Assembly (NCBI GenBank): GCA_963727485.1
Contig: CAVSGM010000002.1
Coordinates: 1,216,001-1,280,000 of the forward strand
Origin: an uncultured delta proteobacterium
GTDB lineage: Bacteria; Myxococcota; Myxococcia; SLRQ01
Direction of reading: 5' to 3'
Length of the DNA stretch: 64,000 nucleotides
The translations under genes were made by a program, and so were the position numbers. Every line of letters starts with the position of its first letter. The first letter of the stretch is position 1. The notes under the pieces are model-generated. The model made no database searches. It worked only from the letters and a program-made list of their open reading frames with translations, and was not told the origin of the DNA. Positions 20,114-29,727 of this stretch are shown one piece after another.

Positions 20114-22086
20114 GTGTTCCAGCTCAAGTCCGTGGCCAAGCACTTCTCGGGGGCGCCGCTCTTCGAGGGGGTGACCTGGGTGCTGGCCGACGACGACCGG
20201 GTGGGCCTGGTGGGCCCCAACGGCATCGGCAAGACCACCCTGATGAAGATCCTCGCCGGGGCCGAGCCGGCCGACGCCGGCGAGGTGGTCCGCCCCAAGG
20301 GCGCCCGGGTCGGCTACCTCGCCCAGGAGATCGCCCGGACCACCGACCAGACCGTCCTCGAGGCGGTGATGGACGGCGCCGAGGACATCCGCGCCGCCGA
20401 GGCCGAGCTTGATGGCCGCCGAGGCCGAGCTCGCCTGGGCCGAGGGCGCCGCCCCGGAGGACGCCGAGGCGCTGGCCCACCGCCACGCCGAGGCCCTCGA
20501 GCGGGTGCAGCTCAAAGGCGGCTTCACCCTCGAGGCGAGGGCCCACGAGATCCTCCGGGGCCTGGGCTTCTCCGAGGAGAAGGCGGTGGCGCCGCTGACC
20601 ACCCTCTCCGGCGGCTGGGTGATGCGGGCCCAGCTGGCGCGCCTGCTCCTCTCGCGCCCCGAGCTCTTGCTCCTCGACGAGCCCACCAACCACCTCGACC
20701 TCGAGTCCATGGCCTGGCTCGAGGGCTTCCTCCGGGACTACCCCGGCGCCTGGGCGGTGGTCAGCCACGACCGGACCTTCCTCAACCACCTGGTCGACCG
20801 GGTCGCCGAGCTCACCCCCGACGGGCTCTTCGTCTACGAGGGCGACTACGACGCCTACGTCGAGGCCCGCGCCGAGCTCGAGGCCCAGCTCGCCAAGGCC
20901 GAGAAGGGCTACGAGAAGCGCCGCCGGGAGATCCAGGCCTTCGTCGACCGCTTCCGGGCCAAGGCCACCAAGGCCCGCCAGGCCCAGAGCCGCCTCAAGC
21001 GCCTGGAGAAGATGGAGGCCGAGGACAAGCCGCCGGCGGCACCCAGGCGCCCCACCCGCACCCTCGCCTTCGACCTCCCCCAGCCCGCCCGCGCCGGGGA
21101 GGTGGTCCTCACCCTCGAGGGGGTCACCAAGGGCTACGGCGCGGTGCCGGTCTACGACGGCCTCGACCTCACCATCCGCCGGGGGGAGCGGGTGGCGCTC
21201 CTCGGCGAGAACGGCGCCGGCAAGTCCACGCTCCTGCGCCTCCTCGCCGGCGATCTGGCCCCCGACGCCGGCCGGCGGGTCGTGGGCCACAAGGCCGAGG
21301 CCTTCTACTTCGCCCAGCACCAGGCCGAGGCCCTCGACGGATCCCTGACCATCCTCGAGACCATGCGGGCGCTCTTGCCCCTGGAGGCCGAGAGCCGGGT
21401 GCGGGGCCTCCTCGGCGCCTTCCTCTTCTCCGGGGAGACGGTGGACAAGCCGGTGCGGGTCCTCTCCGGGGGCGAGAAGAGCCGCCTGGCGCTGGCGAAG
21501 ATGCTCGCCCGGCCGGCGAACGTGCTCCTCCTCGACGAGCCCACCAACCACCTCGACCTCCCCAGCCGCGAGATGCTCGAGTCGGCGCTCGCGGGCTTCG
21601 GCGGGACCTTGGTGTTCATCAGCCACGACCGGTTCTTCATCAACCGGGTGGCGACGCGGGTGGTCGAGATCCAGCCCGGGGGCCGGGTCACCGACTTCCC
21701 CGGCGACTACGACTACTACCTGTGGAAGCGCGCGCGCCTCGCGGCCGAGGCCCGGGGCGCTGAGTCCGGCGGCGCGGGATCGGCGGGCGCGGCGGGCGCG
21801 GCGGCGCACGGCGACGGCGGCCCCCAAGGCCAAGAGCCAGGCGGCCCTCGACCGCGAGCGGCGCAAGGCCGAGGCCCGGGAGGCGGGCAAGCGGGCCAAG
21901 GAGGCGGCGCGCCTGGAGTCGGAGATCGCCGCCGCCGAGGCGCGGATGACCGAGATCGACGCCCTGCTCTGCGAGCCCGGGATCCACGCCGACGGGGAGA
22001 AGACCCGGGCGCTGCTCGCCGAGCGCGAGCAGGTGGCCGCCGGCCTGCCCGGGCTCTACGCGGCCTGGGAGGCCGCCGCCGGCTGA
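20114..22086 (+). CDS. ABC-F family ATP-binding protein; two apparent frameshifts (about 20410 and about 21800)
   Basis: GPNGIGKTT, LSGGW, LLLDEPTNHLD, VSHDR; second domain GENGAGKST, LSGGE, DEPTNHLD. The C-terminal coiled coil (LESEIAAAEARMTEIDALL...LYAAWEAAAG*) ends at 22086 in another frame. Confidence 0.88.
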
Positions 22087-22118
22087 CGAGGCCGGCCGAA
22101 ACGACCAAGGAGGCAGCG

Positions 22119-22859
22119 ATGCAGGTCAGCGAGGACATCCAATTCCCGGCGGCGGACGGCCGCCTGATGCGCGCGGCGCTCGCGGTCCCCGACGGCGAGG
22201 GCCCGTTCCCCGCGGTGCTGGTGGTCCACGAGATCTTCGGCCTCGACGACGACATCCGCCGCATCTGCGGGGTGTTCGCAGAGAAGGGCTACGTGGCCCT
22301 GGCCCCGGATCTCTGGGACCGCCGGGCGCCGAAGATGGTGTGCATCGCCCGGGCGATGCGCAGCCTCAAGCGTGGCGAGGGCGAGTTCTTCGACCACCTC
22401 GCCGCCGCCCAGCGCACCCTCGCCTCCCGGGACGACGTCGACGGCGACCGGGTGGGGGTCATCGGCTTCTGCATGGGCGGCGGCTTCGCCCTGATGTACG
22501 CGGTGCGCCACGACGTGAAGGTCGCCGCGCCCTTCTACGGCGAGGTCCCCGACGCGGCCGAGGACCTCGAGGGCGTGTGCCCGGTCCTCGGGGGCTACGG
22601 CGGCGCGGACAAGACCTTCGGCCCCAAGGGCGCCCGCCTCGAGAAGCACCTCGAAGAGCTCGGCGTCGACCACGACGTGAAGATCTACCCGGGCGCCGGC
22701 CACAGCTTCATGAACCAGCACACCGGGCTGATGGCGAAGCTCACGGGCCTCTCGCCGATGAAGGTCGGCTACGACCCCGAGGCCGCCGAGGACAGCTGGA
22801 AGCGCATCGACGCCTTCTTCGGCCGCTACCTCAAGGGCGCGCCGGCCTCCCCCGCGTAG
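22119..22859 (+). CDS. Dienelactone hydrolase family protein
   Basis: AAGGAGG RBS; VVHEIFGL, ALAPDL, IGFCMGG, PFYG, YPGAGHSF. The ORF track fuses it to ABC-F only because of the upstream frameshift. Confidence 0.92.
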   Translation: MQVSEDIQFPAADGRLMRAALAVPDGEGPFPAVLVVHEIFGLDDDIRRICGVFAEKGYVALAPDLWDRRAPKMVCIARAMRSLKRGEGEFFDHLAAAQRTLASRDDVDGDRVGVIGFCMGGGFALMYAVRHDVKVAAPFYGEVPDAAEDLEGVCPVLGGYGGADKTFGPKGARLEKHLEELGVDHDVKIYPGAGHSFMNQHTGLMAKLTGLSPMKVGYDPEAAEDSWKRIDAFFGRYLKGAPASPA

Positions 22860-22976
22860 GCCCCCGGGCACGACCGGCCGGGACGGACGGCGTCACCCGG
22901 GCGTTCGACGGGGGCCGAGCCCCCTGCTACGGTCGATCCCGGTACCACCGACCCCTCCGCCCCGAAGGGCTGCACC

Positions 22977-24812
22977 ATGCCCGAGCCCCATCGATCCCTC
23001 GCCCGCCGCCTCGGCGGCGCCTTTGCCGCGGCCGTCTTCGCCTCCCTGCTCCTCGCCGGCTGCGGGGGCCACCCCGGCGGACCGGGCGACGGGGGCACGG
23101 GTGACGGCGGCGCGGCGCCCCCACCCCTCGACACCATCGCCGGGGTCGACGCCGCGGCGGTCGCCGAGCCCTACCTCGCCGGCAACACGGTGCAGCACTA
23201 CTGCGACTGCCAGGCGGGCGCCGCGGCGGGCTGCCTCGCCGGGGACGACACCGCCGGCGACGGGACCGAGGCCCACCCCTACCAGACCCTCGACGCCGCC
23301 ATGCAGTGGGTCAACGGCGCCGCCGGCCGCACCGCCGCCCTCTGCCGCGGCGGGTCCTTCGTCCCGGCCTCCGCCGGCCAGTTCGTCTACACCCTCGCGG
23401 TCACCGGCTGCCCGGTGGGCAAGCTGTGCAACGAGGTGCGCGAGTACCCCGTCGGCGGCAGCGACCCCCGGCCGCTCATCACCAACCCGGCGGGCAACCA
23501 CTACCTGTTCACCTCGGCCGGCTACAACCAGGACACCGGGGGCTGGCGGTTCATGAACCTGCGGCTCAAGGGCAGCTGGGACCCGACCAAGAAGGGCAAC
23601 CTCGCCTTCTTCCTCTACGCCAGCCTCGGCCACCACACCCACGACCTCACCATCGAGAACGTGGACATGGACGGCTTCGACCTCGCCATCCAGGACGCCA
23701 ACAACGCCAACGACGCCTTCACCATCCGCGGCAACCACATCACCCACGCCGGCCGCTGGGCGTTCCTCGGGGGCAGCTCCGACCTCGACCTCTCGTACAA
23801 CTCCTTCGTCGACGACGGGTCCGACAACAAGTTCGACCACGCGGTCTACCTCGCCTCGCACGCCCCCGTCTCGAACGTGACCTTCGAGGGCAACTACGTC
23901 ACCGGCTTCAGCACCCAGAGCGGCAACACCAACTGCCAGGGCGCGCCCATCAACGGCCACGGCGCCTTCGACACCCTCCTGGTGCGCGGCAACGTGATGG
24001 TGGAGGACGCCACCGCCGACCCCGGCTGCTGGGGCCTCGCCTTCACCAACATCACCGGCGCCAAGGAGCCCATCTTCCTGCGCCACGCCACCTTCGACGG
24101 CAACGTGGTGGTCAACGGCGGCAACACCTCGCTTCTGGTCGACAACTGCCCCGACTGCCTCATCGAGAACAACCTGGTGATCCAGACCGCGAATTTCGGG
24201 GGCTATGGCCTGGTCTCCCCGGGCCAGCCGGCGCGCACCCTGGCGCAGCTCGAGGCGCTGGGCTGCACCGACTGCACCACCGGCGACGACGTGGAGACCG
24301 GCGCCACCCTGGTGAACAACACCATCTACTTCGGCGCCGGCAGCGCCAACGGGATGAACGCCGGCCTCGGCATCATCGCCGAGGGCCAGGGCTACGTCGC
24401 CGCCAACAACGTGGTCACCTACGTGGCCACCAGCCACGGGAAGAACGCGGTGAGCTGCTTCGCCTACCCGCTTTCGACCTCCGCCTACCAGTTCATCGAC
24501 CACAACCTCTGCCACGTCGCCGACACCCAGGCGCGGTGGCAGAGCTCGGGCTTCCAGTCGCTTTCGGACTGGCAGTCGGCGTCGGGCTTCGACGCCCACT
24601 CGTCCCAGGCGGATCCGGCGTGGCCGTTCACCGCGCCGCTCACGATCCCCGCCTGGGACGACGCCAAGACCGCGGCCGAGCTCTTCGCCCGGTTCTTCAC
24701 GCCGTCGGGGCCGCCCCTCTCGGGCGCCGGCGACGCCAGCCACGCGGCGGCCACCGACATCACCGGGGCCACCCGTCCGGCGCCGCCGAGCATCGGCGCC
24801 TACGAGCCCTGA
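22977..24812 (+). CDS. Lipoprotein with right-handed parallel beta-helix and choice-of-anchor-Q-like C-terminus
   Basis: Lipobox LLAGC; GDGTEAHPYQT; Asn-ladder repeats (IRGNHI, FEGNYV, IENNLV, VNNTIY); ends TDITGATRPAPPSIGAYEP. Confidence 0.7.
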   Translation: MPEPHRSLARRLGGAFAAAVFASLLLAGCGGHPGGPGDGGTGDGGAAPPPLDTIAGVDAAAVAEPYLAGNTVQHYCDCQAGAAAGCLAGDDTAGDGTEAHPYQTLDAAMQWVNGAAGRTAALCRGGSFVPASAGQFVYTLAVTGCPVGKLCNEVREYPVGGSDPRPLITNPAGNHYLFTSAGYNQDTGGWRFMNLRLKGSWDPTKKGNLAFFLYASLGHHTHDLTIENVDMDGFDLAIQDANNANDAFTIRGNHITHAGRWAFLGGSSDLDLSYNSFVDDGSDNKFDHAVYLASHAPVSNVTFEGNYVTGFSTQSGNTNCQGAPINGHGAFDTLLVRGNVMVEDATADPGCWGLAFTNITGAKEPIFLRHATFDGNVVVNGGNTSLLVDNCPDCLIENNLVIQTANFGGYGLVSPGQPARTLAQLEALGCTDCTTGDDVETGATLVNNTIYFGAGSANGMNAGLGIIAEGQGYVAANNVVTYVATSHGKNAVSCFAYPLSTSAYQFIDHNLCHVADTQARWQSSGFQSLSDWQSASGFDAHSSQADPAWPFTAPLTIPAWDDAKTAAELFARFFTPSGPPLSGAGDASHAAATDITGATRPAPPSIGAYEP

Positions 24813-24821
24813 TCCCCGCCG

Positions 24822-25845
24822 GGCGGCCCTGGAGACGCCTGGGTGGCGCCATGGATGACCCGCTCACCCTCAAGGTCCCCAACCCCGAGACCGGCGACCG
24901 CCAACCGACGTCTGGAAGATCGTGGCCCTGCTCGCGTTCATCGCCGGTCATGGTGGTCTTCGCCGCCCACCTCGCCGGCCTGGGTCTCGGTGTCACCGGG
25001 GTCCTCGGCGGGGTGGTGCTGGGCCTGGTGCTGTTGGTGACCCTCGCCTACTTCGCCCCGGCGCCGCTGACCCTGCGCCGGGTGGGGCCGCGCATCGAGG
25101 GGCCTCGGAGACCGGGGCCCTGCCCGCCCGCGCCGGCCGGGTGGTGGTGCGCCGCTACGAGGACATGATGCAGGCCGAGCCTGCCGATGTTCGTCTACGA
25201 GCGTGATCGACGAGGGGCCGGCGCGCAACACGCAGCTGGTCCGGCACGCGCCCCGGGTCTCCCGGGTGCGCGCGTTTGCCGAGGGGCTCTGCCGCATCGG
25301 CGGCTACGAGATGGTCTGGCGCGATCCCGAGGGCGACGAGTGCGCGGCCCTGGAGGCCTTGCGCCATGGATGACCCGCTCACCCTCAAGGTCCCCAACCC
25401 CGAGACCGGCGACCGCAACCACTGGAAGATCGTGGCCCTGCTCGCGTTCATCGCCGTCATGGTGGTCTTCGCCGCCCACCTCGCCGGCCTGGGTCTCGGT
25501 GTCACCGGGGTCCTCGGCGGGGTGGTGCTGGGCCTGGTGCTGTTGGTGACCCTCGCCTACTTCGCCCCGGCGCCGCTGACCCTGCGCCGGGTGGGGCCGC
25601 GCATCGAGGGCCTCGAGACCGGGGCCCTGCCCGCCCGCGCCGGCCGGGTGGTGGTGCGCCGCTACGAGGACATGATGCAGGCCGACCTGCCGATGTTCGT
25701 CTACGAGGTGATCCACGAGGGGCCGGCGCGCAACACGCAGCTGGTCCGGCACGCGCCCCGGGTCTCCCGGGTGCGCGCGTTTGCCGAGGGGCTCTGCCGC
25801 ATCGGCGGCTACGAGATGGTCTGGCGCGATCCCGAGGGCGACGAG
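24822..25845 (+). repeat. Tandem duplication of about 0.5 kb; first copy broken by many single-base insertions
   Basis: 24822-25340 and 25343-25845 both run from gcggccctggag..gcgccatggatgacccgctc to cccgagggcgacgag. Confidence 0.92.
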
Positions 25846-26420
25846 ATCCGCGCGCGGGTGGAGCTCGACACCCCCTGGTGGACCGCCTGCGCGCGGGCCT
25901 CGACGGGGACGACGGGCACCTCCAGGCCGAGCCGGTGCCCACCCGGCCGGTGGCGGGAGGCGGCGTCGAGGTCTCGAGCCGACCGCTGGGCGCGGCGATG
26001 TTCCTCCTGGTCATCCTGGTGCCCGTGATCGTCGTCGGCGCCGTGGCCCTGGTCTCCCACGACAACGGGTGGAAGCTGGACCCGAAGACCCTCGCCCTGG
26101 GAGCCGGGGTGGTCCTCGCCATCGCCGCCACGATGTTCCTGGTGGACCGGCTGGTGACCCAGCCCATCGTCGTCACCCCCGAGGCGGTGCGGCTGGTGTG
26201 GCGGGTGGCGGGGGCGACCCTGCGCGACCGGCGCCTCGACCCGGCGCGCCTCGAGAGCCTCTACCTCGAGGCGGACCGGGCGGGCACCTGGCATCTGGTC
26301 TTCGCCGGGGACGGGATCCACCGCGCCGCCGGCCGCTACCCGCGCCTCGGCGAGGCGGTGGCGGCGCGGCGGGCGATCATCGACGGCCTCCTCGGCCGGT
26401 TCCCGGAGGGCAGGGGGTGA
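25366..26420 (+). CDS. Hypothetical membrane protein (two TM-hairpin modules); frameshift in the C-run at about 25871-25875
   Basis: MDDPLTLKVPNPETGDRNHWKIVALLAF...; adding one C gives ELDTPLVDRLRAGLD..., continuing into ORF 25878..26420. Confidence 0.6.
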
Positions 26421-26977
26421 GCGACGACCTCGTGACCCCGGTCGACCGGAACCGGGCGCGCCTCTCGGACCCCCGGGCCGGGGGCCGGCAGAGCATCGTC
26501 AGGATGCATCTCCAGCCACCCCGGCCGATCGTGGTCTCGCCGTCGCGGCTCACCCTCGGCGGGCTGGGCACGGCCCTGGGCGTTCCCCTGGTCATGGCGC
26601 TGCTGGTGGCGCACTTCGGCGACCTCCATCACCTCCACATGGGGTGGCTGCTGGGGGGCATGGCCCTGCTGATGCTCCTGAGCATCTCCTTCTCCACGTC
26701 GCTCACCTTCGAGCACGGCGAGGTGCACCTTCGCACCCGGCTGCTGGGCGTCCTGGTGCGCGATCGGCCGCTGATGTCGGAGAGGGTGCTGGAGCGCATC
26801 GTCGTGCGCGCCATCCCCTCCCTCCAGCTCGGGGCCCGCGACAGCAGCCAGTACCAGCTGCTGCTCGTGGGCGACGGCGACCCCCAGGTCGTGGGGCCCT
26901 TCGCGAGCAAGCGGCAGGCGTCCGAGGCGCGGCTGGCGATCCTCTCGGGGCTGGCGGCGTCGCGCATGTCCTCGTAG
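26417..26977 (+). CDS. Hypothetical membrane protein (TM hairpin + small soluble domain)
   Basis: GTG overlaps the upstream stop; two hydrophobic helices; architecture resembles the upstream gene. Confidence 0.6.
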   Translation: MSDDLVTPVDRNRARLSDPRAGGRQSIVRMHLQPPRPIVVSPSRLTLGGLGTALGVPLVMALLVAHFGDLHHLHMGWLLGGMALLMLLSISFSTSLTFEHGEVHLRTRLLGVLVRDRPLMSERVLERIVVRAIPSLQLGARDSSQYQLLLVGDGDPQVVGPFASKRQASEARLAILSGLAASRMSS

Positions 26978-27000
26978 ACGGCAATGCTGGGCGCCGGGGC

Positions 27001-27732
27001 TCACCGCCGCGCCAGGATCTCCCCGCGCCGAAACGTCCTCGTGCCGAAGTAGAGCAGCACCCCGCACCCCACCCAGCACCCCGCGCCCAGCGCCAGCACC
27101 ATCCCGAGCCCGAGGTGGACCACGCCCTCGGCCTCGGCGACCATCAGCGCCACCAGCGGCAGCACCGCAAGCCCCGCGCGCTGCCAGGCCGCCTGGAAGG
27201 TGCGCACCCGGCTGCTCACCAGCACCGTGACCCCGAGGCCGAGGCCCGCCACCGCCGGGGCCACGAAGACCACCAGCACCCCCCAGGTGGGGTCCGGGAG
27301 CACCGGCCGTCCGAGGATTGGCCAGGCGACCAGGTCGGCGATCCCGGCGTAGAGGACGAAGCCCACCCCCGCCACCGCCACCGCCGGGAGCCAGGCCACC
27401 AGGACCTTGGCGAGGAGGAGCTCGGCGTCGGTGGTCGGGGTGTAGAGGACCGCCTCCAGGGTGCCGCGCTCGCGCTCGCCGGCGAAGGCGTCGGCGGCGA
27501 TCACCGTGGCCACCAGGAGCGGGACCACCAGGTAGACGGGGACCATGAGCTCCCGGAGCGCCAGGAGCACGAAGGTCTGGGTGGGGTCGAGGCCACGCAC
27601 CAGGGCCAGGAGCAGCGGGATCGCCACCAGCACCCCCACCGGCACCCCCACCAGCGGGATCACCACCGCCCGGCTGCGCGTGACCGTGAGCAGGTCCCGG
27701 CGCACCAGGGCGCGCACCGACCGGGAGTTCAC
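27001..27732 (-). CDS. ABC-2 type transporter permease
   Basis: ADAFAGERERGTLEAVLYTP..DAELLLAK motif and about 6 TM segments. Confidence 0.88.
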   Translation of the reverse strand: MNSRSVRALVRRDLLTVTRSRAVVIPLVGVPVGVLVAIPLLLALVRGLDPTQTFVLLALRELMVPVYLVVPLLVATVIAADAFAGERERGTLEAVLYTPTTDAELLLAKVLVAWLPAVAVAGVGFVLYAGIADLVAWPILGRPVLPDPTWGVLVVFVAPAVAGLGLGVTVLVSSRVRTFQAAWQRAGLAVLPLVALMVAEAEGVVHLGLGMVLALGAGCWVGCGVLLYFGTRTFRRGEILARR

Positions 27733-28709
27733 CGCCGGCCCCCCGACGGCGCCTCCACGCGCTCGCCAGCCCTGGGCCCGTCGTGGAGCGCCAGGTACAC
27801 GTCGGCGAGCGACGCCTCCACCGGGCTCGCCCGGTACACCGGCACCCCGGCGACCAGGAGCGCCCGGAGGAGCACCGGCACCCGCGCCCGCGCCGCGCCC
27901 TTGACCAGGAGCACCCCCGGGGCGCCCTCCTCGGCGGTGAGGCCGTCGAGCTGGGCGAGGGCCATCCGTGCCGAGGCGATGCGCCGGGGGTCCACCTCGA
28001 GCTCCAGCCGCGCCCCGTGGCCCAGCGCCGCCGCCAGCTCCCTCGGCGCCCCCAGCGCCACCAGCCGCCCCCGCTCCATCACCCCCACCCGGTCGCAGAG
28101 CGCCGCCGCCTCCACCAGGTCGTGGGTGCAGAGGAAGACGGTGCACGCAGTCTCCTGGGCCAGGCGCCGGAGGAGGGGGTGGACCTCCCGCTGCCCCGCC
28201 GGGTCGAGGCCGCCGGTGGGCTCGTCGAGGAAGAGGATCTCCGGGCGGTGGAGGAGCGCCCGGGCCAGCGCCAGGCGCAGGCGCATCCCCGGGGAGAAGC
28301 GGCCGGCCACCTCCGAGCCGTGCCCCTCGAGACCCATGAGCGCCAGGACCTCGTCGACCCGGGCCCGGAGCGCCGGCCGCGGGATGCCGTAGAGGGCGCC
28401 GTGGAGCTCGAGCCCGGTCCGCGCCTCGAGGCGCAGGTCCAGGGACGGGGACCCGGTGAGCACCCCGGTGCGCTGGCGGAGCAGGACCCCGTCGCTCGAC
28501 GGCGAGAGCCCCAGGACCCAGGCCGTGCCGGCGCTCGCCCCCAGCACCCCGTTGAGGAGGCGCACGGTGGTGGTCTTGCCGGCGCCGGGGTGACCGAGGA
28601 AGCCGAAGACCTCGCCCCGGTGGATCTCGAGGTCGAGGTCGTCGACGGCGACGGTGTCCCCGAAGCGCCGGGTGAGATGCTCGGTGAGGATGACCGGGGC
28701 GCCCGTCAT
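27729..28709 (-). CDS. ABC transporter ATP-binding protein
   Basis: GHPGAGKTT, FSPGMR, LFLDEPTGGLDP, CTHDL. Confidence 0.9.
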   Translation of the reverse strand: MTGAPVILTEHLTRRFGDTVAVDDLDLEIHRGEVFGFLGHPGAGKTTTVRLLNGVLGASAGTAWVLGLSPSSDGVLLRQRTGVLTGSPSLDLRLEARTGLELHGALYGIPRPALRARVDEVLALMGLEGHGSEVAGRFSPGMRLRLALARALLHRPEILFLDEPTGGLDPAGQREVHPLLRRLAQETACTVFLCTHDLVEAAALCDRVGVMERGRLVALGAPRELAAALGHGARLELEVDPRRIASARMALAQLDGLTAEEGAPGVLLVKGAARARVPVLLRALLVAGVPVYRASPVEASLADVYLALHDGPRAGERVEAPSGGRR

Positions 28710-28848
28710 GGTCTGCTCCACGCGCAACCGGCCGCGGCCACCCGGGCCACGCGCCGGCTCCACCGGATCGTTAGACCCTCGCCGGGGGGCGCGCTACCGG
28801 GGTCGGGCCCCCTTGCCCCGGCCCCGGCGCCGGCCCACCGTGCGACTC

Positions 28849-29727
28849 ATGAGCTGGCACCCCGCCCGCGTCGTCCAGGCCCGACCCCGTCCCCTCACCG
28901 CGGACCTCACCGTCCGGCGGCTCCTCCCGGCGGCGGGGGCCCGCACCGTGGGGCCCTTCGTGTTCCTCGACCACCTGGGGCCGGCGGGCTTCGACCCCGG
29001 CGCCGGCCTGGACGTCCCGCCCCACCCCCACATCGGCCTGGCGACGGTGACCTATCTGTTCGAGGGCGAGCTCCTCCACCGGGACAGCCTGGGGTCGCGG
29101 CAGGTGATCCGCCCCGGGGCGATCAACTGGATGACCGCCGGCCGGGGCATCGTCCACTCGGAGCGCACGCCGGCCGAGATCCGGCCGCACGGGCACGTCC
29201 TCCACGGGATCCAGCTGTGGGTGGGGCTCCCGACCGCCCATGAGGACGACGCCCCAAGCTTCGCCCACTTCTCCGCCGGGGCCCTGCCCTGGCTCGAGGG
29301 CGAGGGGCGCCGGGTCCGGGTGCTCGTCGGCGAGGCCTACGGCGAGGCGTCGCCGGTGCCGGTGCGCTCGCAGACCGGGTACGTCGACGCCGAGCTCGCC
29401 GCCGGCGTCCCCCTGGAGATCCCCGGGCGCTGGCCCGAGACCGCCGTCTACGTGGCCGCCGGTGCCGTGACCCTGGGCGATCAGAGGTTGGCCGAGGGCG
29501 AGCTCGCCGTCCTCGGCCCGGAGGCCGCCCCGGTGATCCGCGCCGAGGCCGCCAGCCGGGTGCTCCTCCTCGGCGGCGCGCCCCTCGACGGCGGGCCCCG
29601 GCACCTGTGGTGGAACTTCGTCCACAGCGACCGGGCCCGCATCGAGGCGGCGAAGGACGACTGGCGTGAGGGCCGCTACCCGGTGGTCCGAGGCGACGAG
29701 GCCGAGCGGGTACCGCTGCCGGCGTAG
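28849..29727 (+). CDS. Pirin family protein
   Basis: GPFVFLDH, PHPHIGLATVTYLFEG, HRDSLG, WMTAGRGIVHSE, QLWV, WWNFV. Confidence 0.95.
   Translation: MSWHPARVVQARPRPLTADLTVRRLLPAAGARTVGPFVFLDHLGPAGFDPGAGLDVPPHPHIGLATVTYLFEGELLHRDSLGSRQVIRPGAINWMTAGRGIVHSERTPAEIRPHGHVLHGIQLWVGLPTAHEDDAPSFAHFSAGALPWLEGEGRRVRVLVGEAYGEASPVPVRSQTGYVDAELAAGVPLEIPGRWPETAVYVAAGAVTLGDQRLAEGELAVLGPEAAPVIRAEAASRVLLLGGAPLDGGPRHLWWNFVHSDRARIEAAKDDWREGRYPVVRGDEAERVPLPA

Noticed and set aside
20409..22859. Apparent ABC-F/dienelactone hydrolase fusion (816 aa)
   Set aside because: It is created by a frameshift near 21800. The ABC-F tail ends at 22086 and the hydrolase has its own RBS and ATG at 22119.
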